Assembly (NCBI GenBank): GCA_038056395.1
Contig: JBBUFS010000006.1
Coordinates: 1 to 59,311 of the forward strand
DNA from: Patescibacteria group bacterium
GTDB lineage: Bacteria; Patescibacteriota; Minisyncoccia; Phycocordibacterales; WO2-35-19
Reading direction: 5' to 3'
Length of the DNA: 59,311 nt
Shown: one piece after another, positions 37,410 to 46,111 of the stretch
How the letters are laid out: every line of letters begins with the position of its first letter
How positions within the stretch are numbered: the first letter of the stretch is position 1
Program-made: the position numbers and the translations under genes
Notes under the pieces: generated by a model
Seen by the model: only the letters and a program-made list of their open reading frames with translations
Told to the model about the DNA's origin: nothing
The model's database searches: none

Positions 37410-38033
37410 ATGATTATTTCATATCAGGGCGCGCAATCGTTTAGGGTTCAATTTGGGGACACGGTTTTGGCTTTTGATCCGGTCTCAAAAAAATCCAAGT
37501 TCAAGACGGGCAATTTTGGGGCGGATATAGCTCTTATCTCCTTGAATCATCCCGATATGAACGGTATTGATCAAGTAAATAGGGGAGAAAAGCAAGCTTT
37601 CATTACTAACGGTCCGGGCGAATACGAAATACGGGGGGTTTTTATAAAAGGATTAATCAGCTCTTCAAACTATGGCGGTTCAAAATTCATCAACACCATA
37701 TACACTGTCAATTTTGAAAATATGAATTTATGTTTTTTGGGGGCTTTAAATAGCGCTGAAATTCCGAACGAAACCAAGGCGGGCATTGATGGCGTTGATA
37801 TACTTTTTGCGCCTATTGGCGGCAATGGGACATTAAATCCAGCCGAAGCCTATAAATTTGCAGTCTCTCTTGAACCGTCTATAATTATTCCCATGAACTA
37901 CGACGAAAAATCTCTCAAAGCTTTTCTGAAAGAAGGGGGAGAAGAAGGAGTAAAAGCCATTGAAAAATTGACTGTAAAAAAGAAAGATTTGGAAGGTAAA
38001 GAAGGAGAAGTTGTGGTGCTGGAAGCGCAGTGA
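37410..38033 (+). CDS. MBL-fold (UPF0173-like) protein with a degenerate metal-binding motif
   Basis: The overall pattern MIISYQGAQSFRVQFGDTVLAFDP...DIALISLNHPDMNG...GVDILFAPIGG matches UPF0173. The HxHxDH block is replaced by SLNHPDMNG. Confidence 0.5.
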   Translation: MIISYQGAQSFRVQFGDTVLAFDPVSKKSKFKTGNFGADIALISLNHPDMNGIDQVNRGEKQAFITNGPGEYEIRGVFIKGLISSSNYGGSKFINTIYTVNFENMNLCFLGALNSAEIPNETKAGIDGVDILFAPIGGNGTLNPAEAYKFAVSLEPSIIIPMNYDEKSLKAFLKEGGEEGVKAIEKLTVKKKDLEGKEGEVVVLEAQ

Positions 38034-38053
38034 AGTCGGAATAATTAGAAATT

Positions 38054-38377
38054 ATGTTTAAAGATATTTTACAAAAACCAGAAAAATATAGAAATAGAAT
38101 GGCCCTGGGATTAGCAGTAACACTTTCTGTTTTTATATTTATTAGTTTTGCTTTTTATAGAGGTTTTATAAGTTTTGGAAATGATAATGCAATATCTAAA
38201 AATCAAGCGGCCAACGTTATTTCAGCCAAATCAGTTCCTTCACCAATCCAAAATTCAAAGGAAACATTTACCACCGCTTTTGATGAAATAGGCAAACAAT
38301 ATCAAAAATTTAAAGACTCAATGTCGGCCGTTTTTGTGCCGTTTATTACCAGCATCGAGGTTTATGAGAGGAAATAA
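38054..38377 (+). CDS. Hypothetical membrane-anchored protein
   Basis: One TM helix (MALGLAVTLSVFIFISFAFY). No motif recognised. Confidence 0.45.
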   Translation: MFKDILQKPEKYRNRMALGLAVTLSVFIFISFAFYRGFISFGNDNAISKNQAANVISAKSVPSPIQNSKETFTTAFDEIGKQYQKFKDSMSAVFVPFITSIEVYERK

Positions 38378-38396
38378 AAGATATCCATATTTCGAT

Positions 38397-38439
38397 TTGA
38401 CACTAGTATTGCTATAGTATATACTATGGCAATACTAGT
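38397..38439 (+). promoter_or_regulatory. Promoter (TTGACA, 17 nt spacer, TATACT) overlapped by a 38-bp near-perfect palindrome; probable antitoxin operator
   Basis: actagtattgctatagtata|tactatggcaatactagt (38402..38439), with one mismatched pair, 16 nt upstream of the antitoxin ATG. Confidence 0.6.
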
Positions 38440-38455
38440 TTAAGATTTAAATAAT

Positions 38456-38734
38456 ATGTCAAAAGTTGCTGTTAGTATAAAAATAGATAAAGGAATAAAG
38501 GAAAAAACTCAAAAAATGCTAAAAAAAATGGGTCTGCCTTTTTCTACTTTTATAAATGCTCAACTCCATCAATTTACTGAAAACAAAGGTGTTTATTTTG
38601 GCGAACCTTCTTATCCAATGTCTAAAAAATTAGAAAAAATTATTAAAGAATCTGAAAAAAATTGGAAAGAAGGTAAAAATCTATCACCAATATTTAGTAA
38701 TGCTAAAGATGCTGTTCGTTGGCTAAATTCATAA
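38456..38734 (+). CDS. RelB/DinJ-family type II antitoxin
   Basis: SIKIDKGIKEKTQKMLKKMGLPFSTFINAQLHQF is a DinJ-like ribbon-helix-helix N-terminus. It lies 8 nt upstream of the toxin gene. Confidence 0.75.
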   Translation: MSKVAVSIKIDKGIKEKTQKMLKKMGLPFSTFINAQLHQFTENKGVYFGEPSYPMSKKLEKIIKESEKNWKEGKNLSPIFSNAKDAVRWLNS

Positions 38735-38741
38735 AAATTTT

Positions 38742-39005
38742 ATGCATGCGATCTTTGATGCCAAATTCAAGAAGATGTATGCAAAAGTTTCTAAAAAGAT
38801 TAAAATTGCTTTTAACAATAGATTAGATTTATTTTTGATAGACCGAAGACATCCATTATTGGATGACCATGCTTTGTCTGGTAAATACTTAGGTTACAGA
38901 AGTATAAATATAACAGGTAATTTCAGAGCTATTTATACCGAAGTAAGTAAGAATATCTTTAGATTCGTGGCCATCGGAACCCACCCCCAGTTGTACGGAA
39001 AATAA
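38742..39005 (+). CDS. RelE/YafQ-family type II toxin (mRNA interferase)
   Basis: HPLLDDHALSGKYLGYRSINITGNFRAIY...VAIGTHPQLY matches the YafQ/RelE pattern. Confidence 0.75.
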   Translation: MHAIFDAKFKKMYAKVSKKIKIAFNNRLDLFLIDRRHPLLDDHALSGKYLGYRSINITGNFRAIYTEVSKNIFRFVAIGTHPQLYGK

Positions 39006-39061
39006 AAAAGTAAAGCTCCGGTTCGCAAGGGCAAACACAGAGCTTAATGTTTTTTATTTCT

Positions 39062-39094
39062 CCCCCTTGATTATAAGGGGGTTAAGGGTGAGTT
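39062..39094 (+). repeat. REP-like hairpin with GGGTGAG tail, copy 4
   Basis: ccccctt-gattat-aaggggg followed by ttaagggtgagtt, upstream of gyrA. Confidence 0.6.
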
Positions 39095-39141
39095 ATTTTT
39101 GTTGATTGTGCTGGCAAATTTTGCTATAATATAAAGTATAA

Positions 39142-41619
39142 ATGGCCAAGAAAGAGGAAAATAACAGCATAGAAACAAGCACCCACACGGGTGTTATTTC
39201 GCGCTCTATTGTCAGCGAGATGAAAAAGTCTTTTATTGACTACGCCATGTCTGTTATTACCGACCGGGCTTTGCCTGATGTGCGAGACGGCTTGAAGCCG
39301 GTGCATCGCCGCATTCTTTACGCTATGCACACCATGGGGTTGACCGCCTCCGCCAAAACCAGAAAATCGGCGGCTGTAGTCGGAGAGGTATTGGGAAATT
39401 ATCACCCGCACGGCGATACCGCCGCCTATGAAGCCATGGTCAAAATGGCTCAAGACTTTAGCATTCGCTATCCGCTGGTGATTGGTCAGGGCAACTTTGG
39501 CTCAGTAGACGGCGACAGCGCCGCCGCCATGCGCTATACCGAAGCCAAAATGAGCAAAGTAGCCTCCGAACTTTTGCGCGATATCAATAAAGAAACAGTG
39601 GCCTGGATTCCCAATTATGATGCCACCAAAAAAGAGCCGTCGGTTTTGCCAGCCGCCGCGCCCCAACTTCTTTTGAACGGCACCTTGGGTATCGCAGTTG
39701 GCATGGCCACCAACATTCCGCCCCACAACCTTCGGGAAGTGGTGGATGCCGCCGCTTATTTGATAGACAACAAAGAAGCCACCACTGAAGATTTGTTGCA
39801 ATTTGTACAAGGCCCGGATTTTCCGCTGGGCGGGATTATTTTCAATGCCAAGGATATTCATCACGCTTATGCTACCGGCCGAGGCGGCATCGTGGCTCGC
39901 GGAGTAGCTGAAATAGCGGAAGATAAAAATAATTCGCAAATAATTATCACCTCCATTCCTTATAGGGTGAATAAAGCGGACCTTATAATGAAGGTTGCCG
40001 AGTTGGTTCGGGACAAAAAGATAGAAGGCATCAAAGGTATCCGCGATGAATCAACCAAAGACATCCGAATAGTCATTGACCTTAAAAACGGCAGCTATCC
40101 GCAAAAGATTTTAAATTTTTTGTACAAGCACACCCAGCTGGAAGACACTTTTCATCTGAACCTGGTGGCTTTGGTTGACGGAGTGCCCCAAACTCTTTCT
40201 ATTAAAAGCATTTTGGAAGAGTTTATAAAGCATAGGCAAATAGTAGTCAAAAGAAGGACTGAGTTTGACCTTTGGGAAGCAGAAGCGCGAGAGCACATTT
40301 TAATCGGCCTTAAAAAAGCTCTTGACCATATTGACGAAATCATAAAGCTTATAAAGAAAAGCAAAGATGTTGACACTGCTCGGATAAATTTGATGCAAGC
40401 TTTCAGATTTTCGGAATTACAAGCCAATGCCATTTTGGAAATGCGCCTGCAAAAACTTGCCGGTCTGGAAAGGCAAAAAATTGAAGACGAGCTTTTTGAA
40501 GTCCAAAAGCTAATAGAAGAACTGAAAAGTATTTTGGCCAACCCCAGAAAAATTCTTTCCATAATAAAAAAAGAATTATCAGATATTTCAGAAAAATATG
40601 GAGATGATCGCAGGACTAAAGTGGTTAAAGGCGGTGTTAAAGTTTTATCAATGGAAGATTTGATTGCCGATGAAGAAAATACTCTCATCTTGACCGCTGG
40701 CGGCTATGTAAAAAGAACCAGCCCGGATGAATATAGAAAGCAAAAACGGGGCGGTGTCGGGGTGATTGATTTGGATACCAAAGAAGAAGATTTTGTCACC
40801 AATTTCTTGACTGCCAGCGCTCATTCCGACCTGCTTTTTTTCACTGACCGAGGCAAGGCCTATCAGATAAAAATGTATGAATTGCCGGAAGGCAAACGAG
40901 CCACCCGCGGCAAATCAATTATGAACTTCATCTCGCTTTCGGAAGGAGAGCGGGTCACTTCTATTTTGCCGATGCCTAAAAATTTGAAAAATTCGCCAAT
41001 GGATGGGAAAAACCTTTCTCTGATGATGATTACTGAAAACGGCACCGGCAAAAAAGTTTCAGCTGCCAGCTTCCATGATGTACGGGCCAGCGGCATCATT
41101 GCCATTAAACTTTCAAATGGGGACAAATTGATTTCTGTTTCTGGAATGGCCAAAGGCGATTCCTGCATGATTGTTACTTCTAAAGGCCAGTCGATAAGAT
41201 TTAAAGAATCCGATGTCAGAGAAATGGGTCGTACTGCCGGAGGTGTCAGAGTTATAAAACTTAAGAAGGGAGATAGAGTTATTGGAGCCCATCCTGTTCC
41301 CAAAGAAACTGAAAAGACGGCGGCGCTCTTGACTATGGGGGCAAACGGTTATGGTAAAAAAACATCAATAAAAGAATATAAAATCCAAAAACGCGGCGGT
41401 TCAGGCATCAAAACCAGCAAGGTAACCGCCAAAACCGGCGAAATTATCGCCTCGGCTGTGGTCACTGGTCAGGAAGAAGAAGCAGTCGCCATGTCAAAAA
41501 AGAGCCAAGTCATCCGCCTCGGTCTTTCCGAAATACCGTCTCTCGGCCGTTCCACCCAAGGTGTCCGCATTATGAAGCTCCACCTTGGCGACTCCATCGC
41601 TTCCTTCATTTGTTTATAA
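39142..41619 (+). CDS. gyrA: DNA gyrase subunit A
   Basis: [24 protein letters not shown], active-site Tyr in AAMRYTEAK, and C-terminal beta-pinwheel repeats. Confidence 0.97.
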   Translation: MAKKEENNSIETSTHTGVISRSIVSEMKKSFIDYAMSVITDRALPDVRDGLKPVHRRILYAMHTMGLTASAKTRKSAAVVGEVLGNYHPHGDTAAYEAMVKMAQDFSIRYPLVIGQGNFGSVDGDSAAAMRYTEAKMSKVASELLRDINKETVAWIPNYDATKKEPSVLPAAAPQLLLNGTLGIAVGMATNIPPHNLREVVDAAAYLIDNKEATTEDLLQFVQGPDFPLGGIIFNAKDIHHAYATGRGGIVARGVAEIAEDKNNSQIIITSIPYRVNKADLIMKVAELVRDKKIEGIKGIRDESTKDIRIVIDLKNGSYPQKILNFLYKHTQLEDTFHLNLVALVDGVPQTLSIKSILEEFIKHRQIVVKRRTEFDLWEAEAREHILIGLKKALDHIDEIIKLIKKSKDVDTARINLMQAFRFSELQANAILEMRLQKLAGLERQKIEDELFEVQKLIEELKSILANPRKILSIIKKELSDISEKYGDDRRTKVVKGGVKVLSMEDLIADEENTLILTAGGYVKRTSPDEYRKQKRGGVGVIDLDTKEEDFVTNFLTASAHSDLLFFTDRGKAYQIKMYELPEGKRATRGKSIMNFISLSEGERVTSILPMPKNLKNSPMDGKNLSLMMITENGTGKKVSAASFHDVRASGIIAIKLSNGDKLISVSGMAKGDSCMIVTSKGQSIRFKESDVREMGRTAGGVRVIKLKKGDRVIGAHPVPKETEKTAALLTMGANGYGKKTSIKEYKIQKRGGSGIKTSKVTAKTGEIIASAVVTGQEEEAVAMSKKSQVIRLGLSEIPSLGRSTQGVRIMKLHLGDSIASFICL

Positions 41620-41623
41620 TAAT

Positions 41624-41660
41624 CTGCCGAGAAGATGCCCATCTCGGCAGTCCACTTTTT
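41624..41660 (+). terminator. Intrinsic terminator after gyrA
   Basis: ctgccgaga-agatgccca-tctcggcag followed by tccacttttt. Confidence 0.6.
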
Positions 41661-41698
41661 AAGGTGCAGAGGTTTTGGAGTTTCTGTATAATATAAGC

Positions 41699-42982
41699 AT
41701 GACGAAATTTCAAATAATTTTAATGGGAGTGTTTGGGGTATTTTTAATCGGAGGCGTTATAATTTTTTCGGCTTACCGGGGCAATACGAAAAATGCGGTT
41801 AATGTTGTTGTTTGGGGTACCATTCCTCAAATCAGTTTCAGCAATATTATCCAGTCAACTCCTCTGTATCAAAGCAAAGAATATAATGTCCAATATGTTG
41901 AAAAATCGGAAGATAATTTTGACGCCAATTTTATAGAATCGCTGGCCTCCGGAGACGGTCCGGATATTTTTATGCTGCCGTCTGAAAAGATATTAAAGCA
42001 TCGCAACAAAGTCTTTCCCATTCCATATAATGTGTTTACCGAAAGGCAATTCAAGGATTCCTTTATAGAGGGGGCCGAAATTTATATGGCTCCAGAAGGA
42101 GTACTGGCGCTGCCGGTATCAGTTGATCCTTTGGTGATGTATTGGAACCTGTCTTTATTTACCGAAGCTAAAATTACCCAACCGCCAAAATATTGGGACG
42201 AATTTTATAATCTGGCCAATGTTATATCCAAGAAAGACGGCGCTTTGAACATTTCAAAAAGCGCGGTAGCATTCGGGGAATTTACTAATATTTCTCATGC
42301 TAAAGAAATAATTTTAAATTTGGCTATGCAAGCGGGCACACCGGTTACTATTTGGAGCGGAGGCAAAGTGCAAAGCGTTTTTGGCGATTCTTTCAGTAAG
42401 CCGACTATGCCGGCGGAAGCGGCGGTTAATTTTTATACCGAATTTAGCAACCCGGCCAAACCTTCCTACTCTTGGAACCGCTCCTTATCCAATTCCACCA
42501 GTTATTTTTTAAGCGGCGACTTGGCTTTGTATTTCGGCTTTGCCAGCGAGATAGCAAACTTGCAGCTAAAAAATCCAAACTTAAATTTTGATGTGGCAAA
42601 TATGCCGGTTTCTCGCGAAGGCGGCATCAATGTTTCTTTTGCCAAATTTAACGCCTTTGCCATCACTAAATCGTCAAAAAATCCAAACGCCGCTTTTGGC
42701 GTTATCTCCATTCTGGCAGGAGCGGACGGCGCCAAATCTTTCAGTAAAGTTCTACGATTGCCGCCGCCGAGGCGCGACCTCTTAAATCAAAAACCGGCAA
42801 ATGCTTATGAAAGCGTTTTCTACGACAGCGCCATTAGAGCCAAAGGCTGGCTGGATCCGTCACCGGACGAAACGAATGCAATATTTAAGAACATGATAGA
42901 ATCAATCACAAGCGGCAGAGCCAGAACGGGAGGAGCGGTAAATCAAGCCAGCCGAGAACTTGCGGATTTATTATTAAAATGA
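41699..42982 (+). CDS. Extracellular solute-binding protein (ABC family 1 type), membrane anchored
   Basis: TM anchor followed by an SBP_bac_1-like sequence (GDGPDIFMLPSE..., DPLVMYWN...). A TATAAT lies 6 nt before ATG 41699. The stop overlaps the first pilin ATG. Confidence 0.7.
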   Translation: MTKFQIILMGVFGVFLIGGVIIFSAYRGNTKNAVNVVVWGTIPQISFSNIIQSTPLYQSKEYNVQYVEKSEDNFDANFIESLASGDGPDIFMLPSEKILKHRNKVFPIPYNVFTERQFKDSFIEGAEIYMAPEGVLALPVSVDPLVMYWNLSLFTEAKITQPPKYWDEFYNLANVISKKDGALNISKSAVAFGEFTNISHAKEIILNLAMQAGTPVTIWSGGKVQSVFGDSFSKPTMPAEAAVNFYTEFSNPAKPSYSWNRSLSNSTSYFLSGDLALYFGFASEIANLQLKNPNLNFDVANMPVSREGGINVSFAKFNAFAITKSSKNPNAAFGVISILAGADGAKSFSKVLRLPPPRRDLLNQKPANAYESVFYDSAIRAKGWLDPSPDETNAIFKNMIESITSGRARTGGAVNQASRELADLLLK

Positions 42983-43410
42983 CACAAACATTAAAAAAAT
43001 TTCTGCCATTTCTAATTTTATTCATTTTAATAATGCCTGTTTTAATTTTTGCTCAAGGACCGTTTGTTCCTTGCGGTGGCAACATAATTGATGCTAACGG
43101 CAACATAACTGGTAAGCAACCAGAGTGTGGTTATCAGGATCTTCTAAAATTAGTGAACAATATAATAAACTGGATTATAATGATTTCGGTGCCGGTGGCG
43201 GCGGGAGTTTTCGCTTGGGCCGGGTTTATTTATATGACAACCGGCATTTCCGATCAAAAAAGTTACGCCAAAGATATGATGTGGAAAGTTGCCAAAGGCC
43301 TGGTCTTTATTCTGGCCGCTTGGATTATTGTTAATACCATAACAAACACCCTTTTGACCGATAAATACGGCTTCAGACAAGCTGTGCCGGTTGAGGGAGT
43401 TAAAAAATAA
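42979..43410 (+). CDS. TrbC/VirB2-like (T4SS-pilin-like) small membrane protein, paralog 1
   Basis: Signal peptide, then two hydrophobic helices separated by a charged loop (AAGVFAWAGFIYMTTGISDQKSYAKDMMWKVAKGLVFILAAWIIV). Confidence 0.65.
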   Translation: MTQTLKKFLPFLILFILIMPVLIFAQGPFVPCGGNIIDANGNITGKQPECGYQDLLKLVNNIINWIIMISVPVAAGVFAWAGFIYMTTGISDQKSYAKDMMWKVAKGLVFILAAWIIVNTITNTLLTDKYGFRQAVPVEGVKK

Positions 43411-43853
43411 TGAAAAATTTTATGAAAAAAATTATGCGCGGGGATATAAAAAATATTTCTAGTATTCTCACACTGATTTTAATGATTATAATATTTATCG
43501 CTCCGTTTTCAATTATTGCACAAGATGCTAAAGTGACCACTCCATCACCTGATGCTACGGTTACCACTCCTTCACCAATAAACATTGAAATAAAAAATCC
43601 GTTTAAGCAAGACACCATAGAAGGCCTGATAGAAACCATAGTCAATGATATTCTGATACCAATCGGCGGGGTAGTGGCTGTAATGATGATAATATATGCG
43701 GGGTTCATGTATGTAACAGCTCGGGGCGATCCCGGCAAAATCAAAACGGCTCACGACGCTTTGCTTTGGGCTGTTATAGGCGCGGCCATACTTTTAGGGG
43801 CTCGGGTGATTTCAGAAGCGATTCAAGAGACTATTGACCAATTAAGAACATAA
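43410..43853 (+). CDS. T4SS-pilin-like small membrane protein, paralog 2
   Basis: IGGVVAVMMIIYAGFMYVTARGDPGKIKTAHDALLWAVIGAAILLGA. The start overlaps the previous stop (TAATG). Confidence 0.65.
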   Translation: MKNFMKKIMRGDIKNISSILTLILMIIIFIAPFSIIAQDAKVTTPSPDATVTTPSPINIEIKNPFKQDTIEGLIETIVNDILIPIGGVVAVMMIIYAGFMYVTARGDPGKIKTAHDALLWAVIGAAILLGARVISEAIQETIDQLRT

Positions 43854-43873
43854 ATTAAAAATAATAAAACAAA

Positions 43874-44182
43874 GTGGCGGCAGTTGCAAAACCAACAGAT
43901 TTAACAGAAATTATAGTTCTATTCACCAATATAGGATTAAGTCTTATTCCATTTTTAGGCGCGATTGCTTTTTTAATGTTTGTCTGGGGGGTGGCGCGAT
44001 TTATAAAATCAGCCGGCAGTGAGAAAGAAATAAAGGAAAGCAAAAATCTGCTTATTTGGGGCGTTGTCGGAATGTTTGCCCTTATCGCCATTTGGGGAAT
44101 TATTTCCTTTTTGCAAAGCGAGTTTGGTTTTGGAACAAAAGACGGGATTCCTCTAATACCTCAAATAAATTTCAAAAAATGA
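43874..44182 (+). CDS. T4SS-pilin-like small membrane protein, paralog 3
   Basis: FLMFVWGVARFIKSAGSEKEIKESKNLLIWGVVGMFALIAIWGIISFL. GTG start. Confidence 0.6.
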   Translation: MAAVAKPTDLTEIIVLFTNIGLSLIPFLGAIAFLMFVWGVARFIKSAGSEKEIKESKNLLIWGVVGMFALIAIWGIISFLQSEFGFGTKDGIPLIPQINFKK

Positions 44183-44451
44183 TTGAGTTAATAAACACGG
44201 CGTTTGGCATAGTAACCAGCACATTGATACCACTAGCTTTCGCTTTGTGCCTATTTTATTTTTTCTGGGGTGTAGCAAAATATATAGGAAAGGGAGCTAG
44301 CAGCGATAGGGCAGCCGAAGAAGGCCGTCAAATGATGCTCTGGGGCATTGTAGGCATATTTGTGGCTTTTTCTATATGGGGTATAATCAGCTTTATCCGA
44401 AACGAGCTTACCTTGCCGGCTATAGAAAAAATAGACAAACCTTATCAATAA
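44179..44451 (+). CDS. T4SS-pilin-like small membrane protein, paralog 4
   Basis: LFYFFWGVAKYIGKGASSDRAAEEGRQMMLWGIVGIFVAFSIWGIISFI. ATGA overlap with paralog 3. Confidence 0.65.
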   Translation: MIELINTAFGIVTSTLIPLAFALCLFYFFWGVAKYIGKGASSDRAAEEGRQMMLWGIVGIFVAFSIWGIISFIRNELTLPAIEKIDKPYQ

Positions 44452-44460
44452 TTAAAATTT

Positions 44461-44817
44461 ATGCTGAATAGAATTTACAAAATTTGTTTTGCTTCAATAA
44501 TTTTAATCTCGCCTCTTTTTGCCTCCGCTGCCGGGTACTTAACTGATACTAGCGGTTTACTTCAGCAAGTCAAGCTTATAGTAACAGATTATCTCATTCC
44601 CATCGCTTTTACTTTAGCTTTGGCAATTTTCTTTTACGGAGTGGCAAAATATATTTGGTCCGCCGGCACAGACAAAGACGAGGGCAAGAAAATAATGGTC
44701 TGGGGAGTGGTGGCTCTTTTCGTAATGTCATCAATCTGGGGCATTGTAACTTTTCTCAGGGGGGAATTAAACATTACAGGAAGTGATGCCACAATGAAGA
44801 TACCGACTATAAAATAA
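44461..44817 (+). CDS. T4SS-pilin-like small membrane protein, paralog 5
   Basis: FFYGVAKYIWSAGTDKDEGKKIMVWGVVALFVMSSIWGIVTFL. Confidence 0.7.
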   Translation: MLNRIYKICFASIILISPLFASAAGYLTDTSGLLQQVKLIVTDYLIPIAFTLALAIFFYGVAKYIWSAGTDKDEGKKIMVWGVVALFVMSSIWGIVTFLRGELNITGSDATMKIPTIK

Positions 44818-44837
44818 TTTATCAATAATTGAAATTT

Positions 44838-45227
44838 ATGCTGAAAAAAATTTATTTTGCCGTCATATTAACCGCTCTGCCGGTTCTCTCTAACGCCCAA
44901 AATCTATACAAAACCAGAGGTTTGCTTGAACAAGCCAGTTATATAGTGACACGCGTTCTCGCTCCTTTGGCTTTCACTTTGGCTGTTCTGTACTTTTTTT
45001 ACGGAGTGGCCAAATATATCTGGTCCGCCGGCACTGATAAAGACGAGGGCAAGAAAATAATGGTATGGGGAGTGGTGGCTCTTTTTGTAATATCATCAAT
45101 CTGGGGCATTGTTTATTTTATAAAAACCGAACTTGGTGTCACTGAAATTCCTTCTGTTCCAATACCGACTGTAACTGGCGGTTCGGGTGGTGGTGGAGGG
45201 GGATTCATTGATACTGGTAATTACTGA
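44838..45227 (+). CDS. T4SS-pilin-like small membrane protein, paralog 6 (Gly-rich tail)
   Basis: FFYGVAKYIWSAGTDKDEGKKIMVWGVVALFVISSIWGIVYFI. ATG 44838 is preferred over TTG 44829. Confidence 0.7.
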   Translation: MLKKIYFAVILTALPVLSNAQNLYKTRGLLEQASYIVTRVLAPLAFTLAVLYFFYGVAKYIWSAGTDKDEGKKIMVWGVVALFVISSIWGIVYFIKTELGVTEIPSVPIPTVTGGSGGGGGGFIDTGNY

Positions 45228-45321
45228 TTAGCTGTGGATTACCGATTGAACTTGAGCGCGAAAAATGGTATTTTAAAAGAAATTAAAAATGGTCGTTTAT
45301 TTTAATAAATTATTAATAACC

Positions 45322-45342
45322 TGCCTTCGCTGAAGCTTCGGC
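45322..45342 (+). repeat. 21-nt repeat tgccttcgctgaagcttcggc, copy 2
   Basis: Identical to 29048..29068. Here it is embedded in the hairpin tgcctt...aaggca. Confidence 0.8.
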
Positions 45343-45367
45343 AAGGCAAGAAAATAATATTATAAAT

Positions 45368-45706
45368 ATGAAAAAGTTAATGATAACAATTGGCGCTCTG
45401 GCGCTGCCCCTCGTTTCTTTTGCCGCCCTTGGCAATGTGGAGGGACTGGTTGTCGATATAGGCACCATAGTGAATAAAGTCATTCCAATTTTGTTTGCTA
45501 TAGCCCTGCTCGGATTCTTCTATGGTTTGGTAAAATATATATTTGGTGGAGAGGAGAGCAAAATTGATGCAAAAAAGACAATGATTTATGGCGTTGTAGC
45601 CCTCTTCGTCATGGCTTCTGTTTGGGGATTGGTAAGATTCATCGGCACTGCTGTCGGAGTTACGGAACAAGGCGCTCCCTCGGTGAGTCCTCTTATCCCA
45701 AAATAA
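45368..45706 (+). CDS. T4SS-pilin-like small membrane protein, paralog 7
   Basis: LLGFFYGLVKYIFGGEESKIDAKKTMIYGVVALFVMASVWGLVRFI. Confidence 0.65.
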   Translation: MKKLMITIGALALPLVSFAALGNVEGLVVDIGTIVNKVIPILFAIALLGFFYGLVKYIFGGEESKIDAKKTMIYGVVALFVMASVWGLVRFIGTAVGVTEQGAPSVSPLIPK

Positions 45707-45782
45707 TTCAGCCTGGCATGTGTGGTAAAAATGCGGGGGATAAGACTTTCGCATTTTTATTTTGACTTGCTATAATGCAACT

Positions 45783-46061
45783 ATGCTTGCCGCAGTAGCA
45801 TCAGTGACCGACCTTTTGGGAAAAATAGCCAATCTTATTTTGAACCCGCTTATTGTGCTTGGTTTTACCGTTGCCACTATTTATTTATTTTACGGCATAG
45901 CGGAAATGATATGGAAATCGGACAGCAAGGATGCCACAAGCAAAAATAATGTCAAATACGGAATCATCGGTCTTTTCATAATGTTTTCCGTCTACGGCAT
46001 TTTGCGTTTAGTCTTGGCCACTTTCGGCATTGATTGCGGAGGAAGATTTTTCTGTTTATAG
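45783..46061 (+). CDS. T4SS-pilin-like small membrane protein, paralog 8
   Basis: TVATIYLFYGIAEMIWKSDSKDATSKNNVKYGIIGLFIMFSVYGILRLV. TGCTATAAT lies 6 nt before ATG 45783. Confidence 0.6.
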   Translation: MLAAVASVTDLLGKIANLILNPLIVLGFTVATIYLFYGIAEMIWKSDSKDATSKNNVKYGIIGLFIMFSVYGILRLVLATFGIDCGGRFFCL

Positions 46062-46111
46062 ATGTTTTAGTTATATAAAAAAATAAGGGAGGCGCGAATG
46101 ACGCGCTCTCC

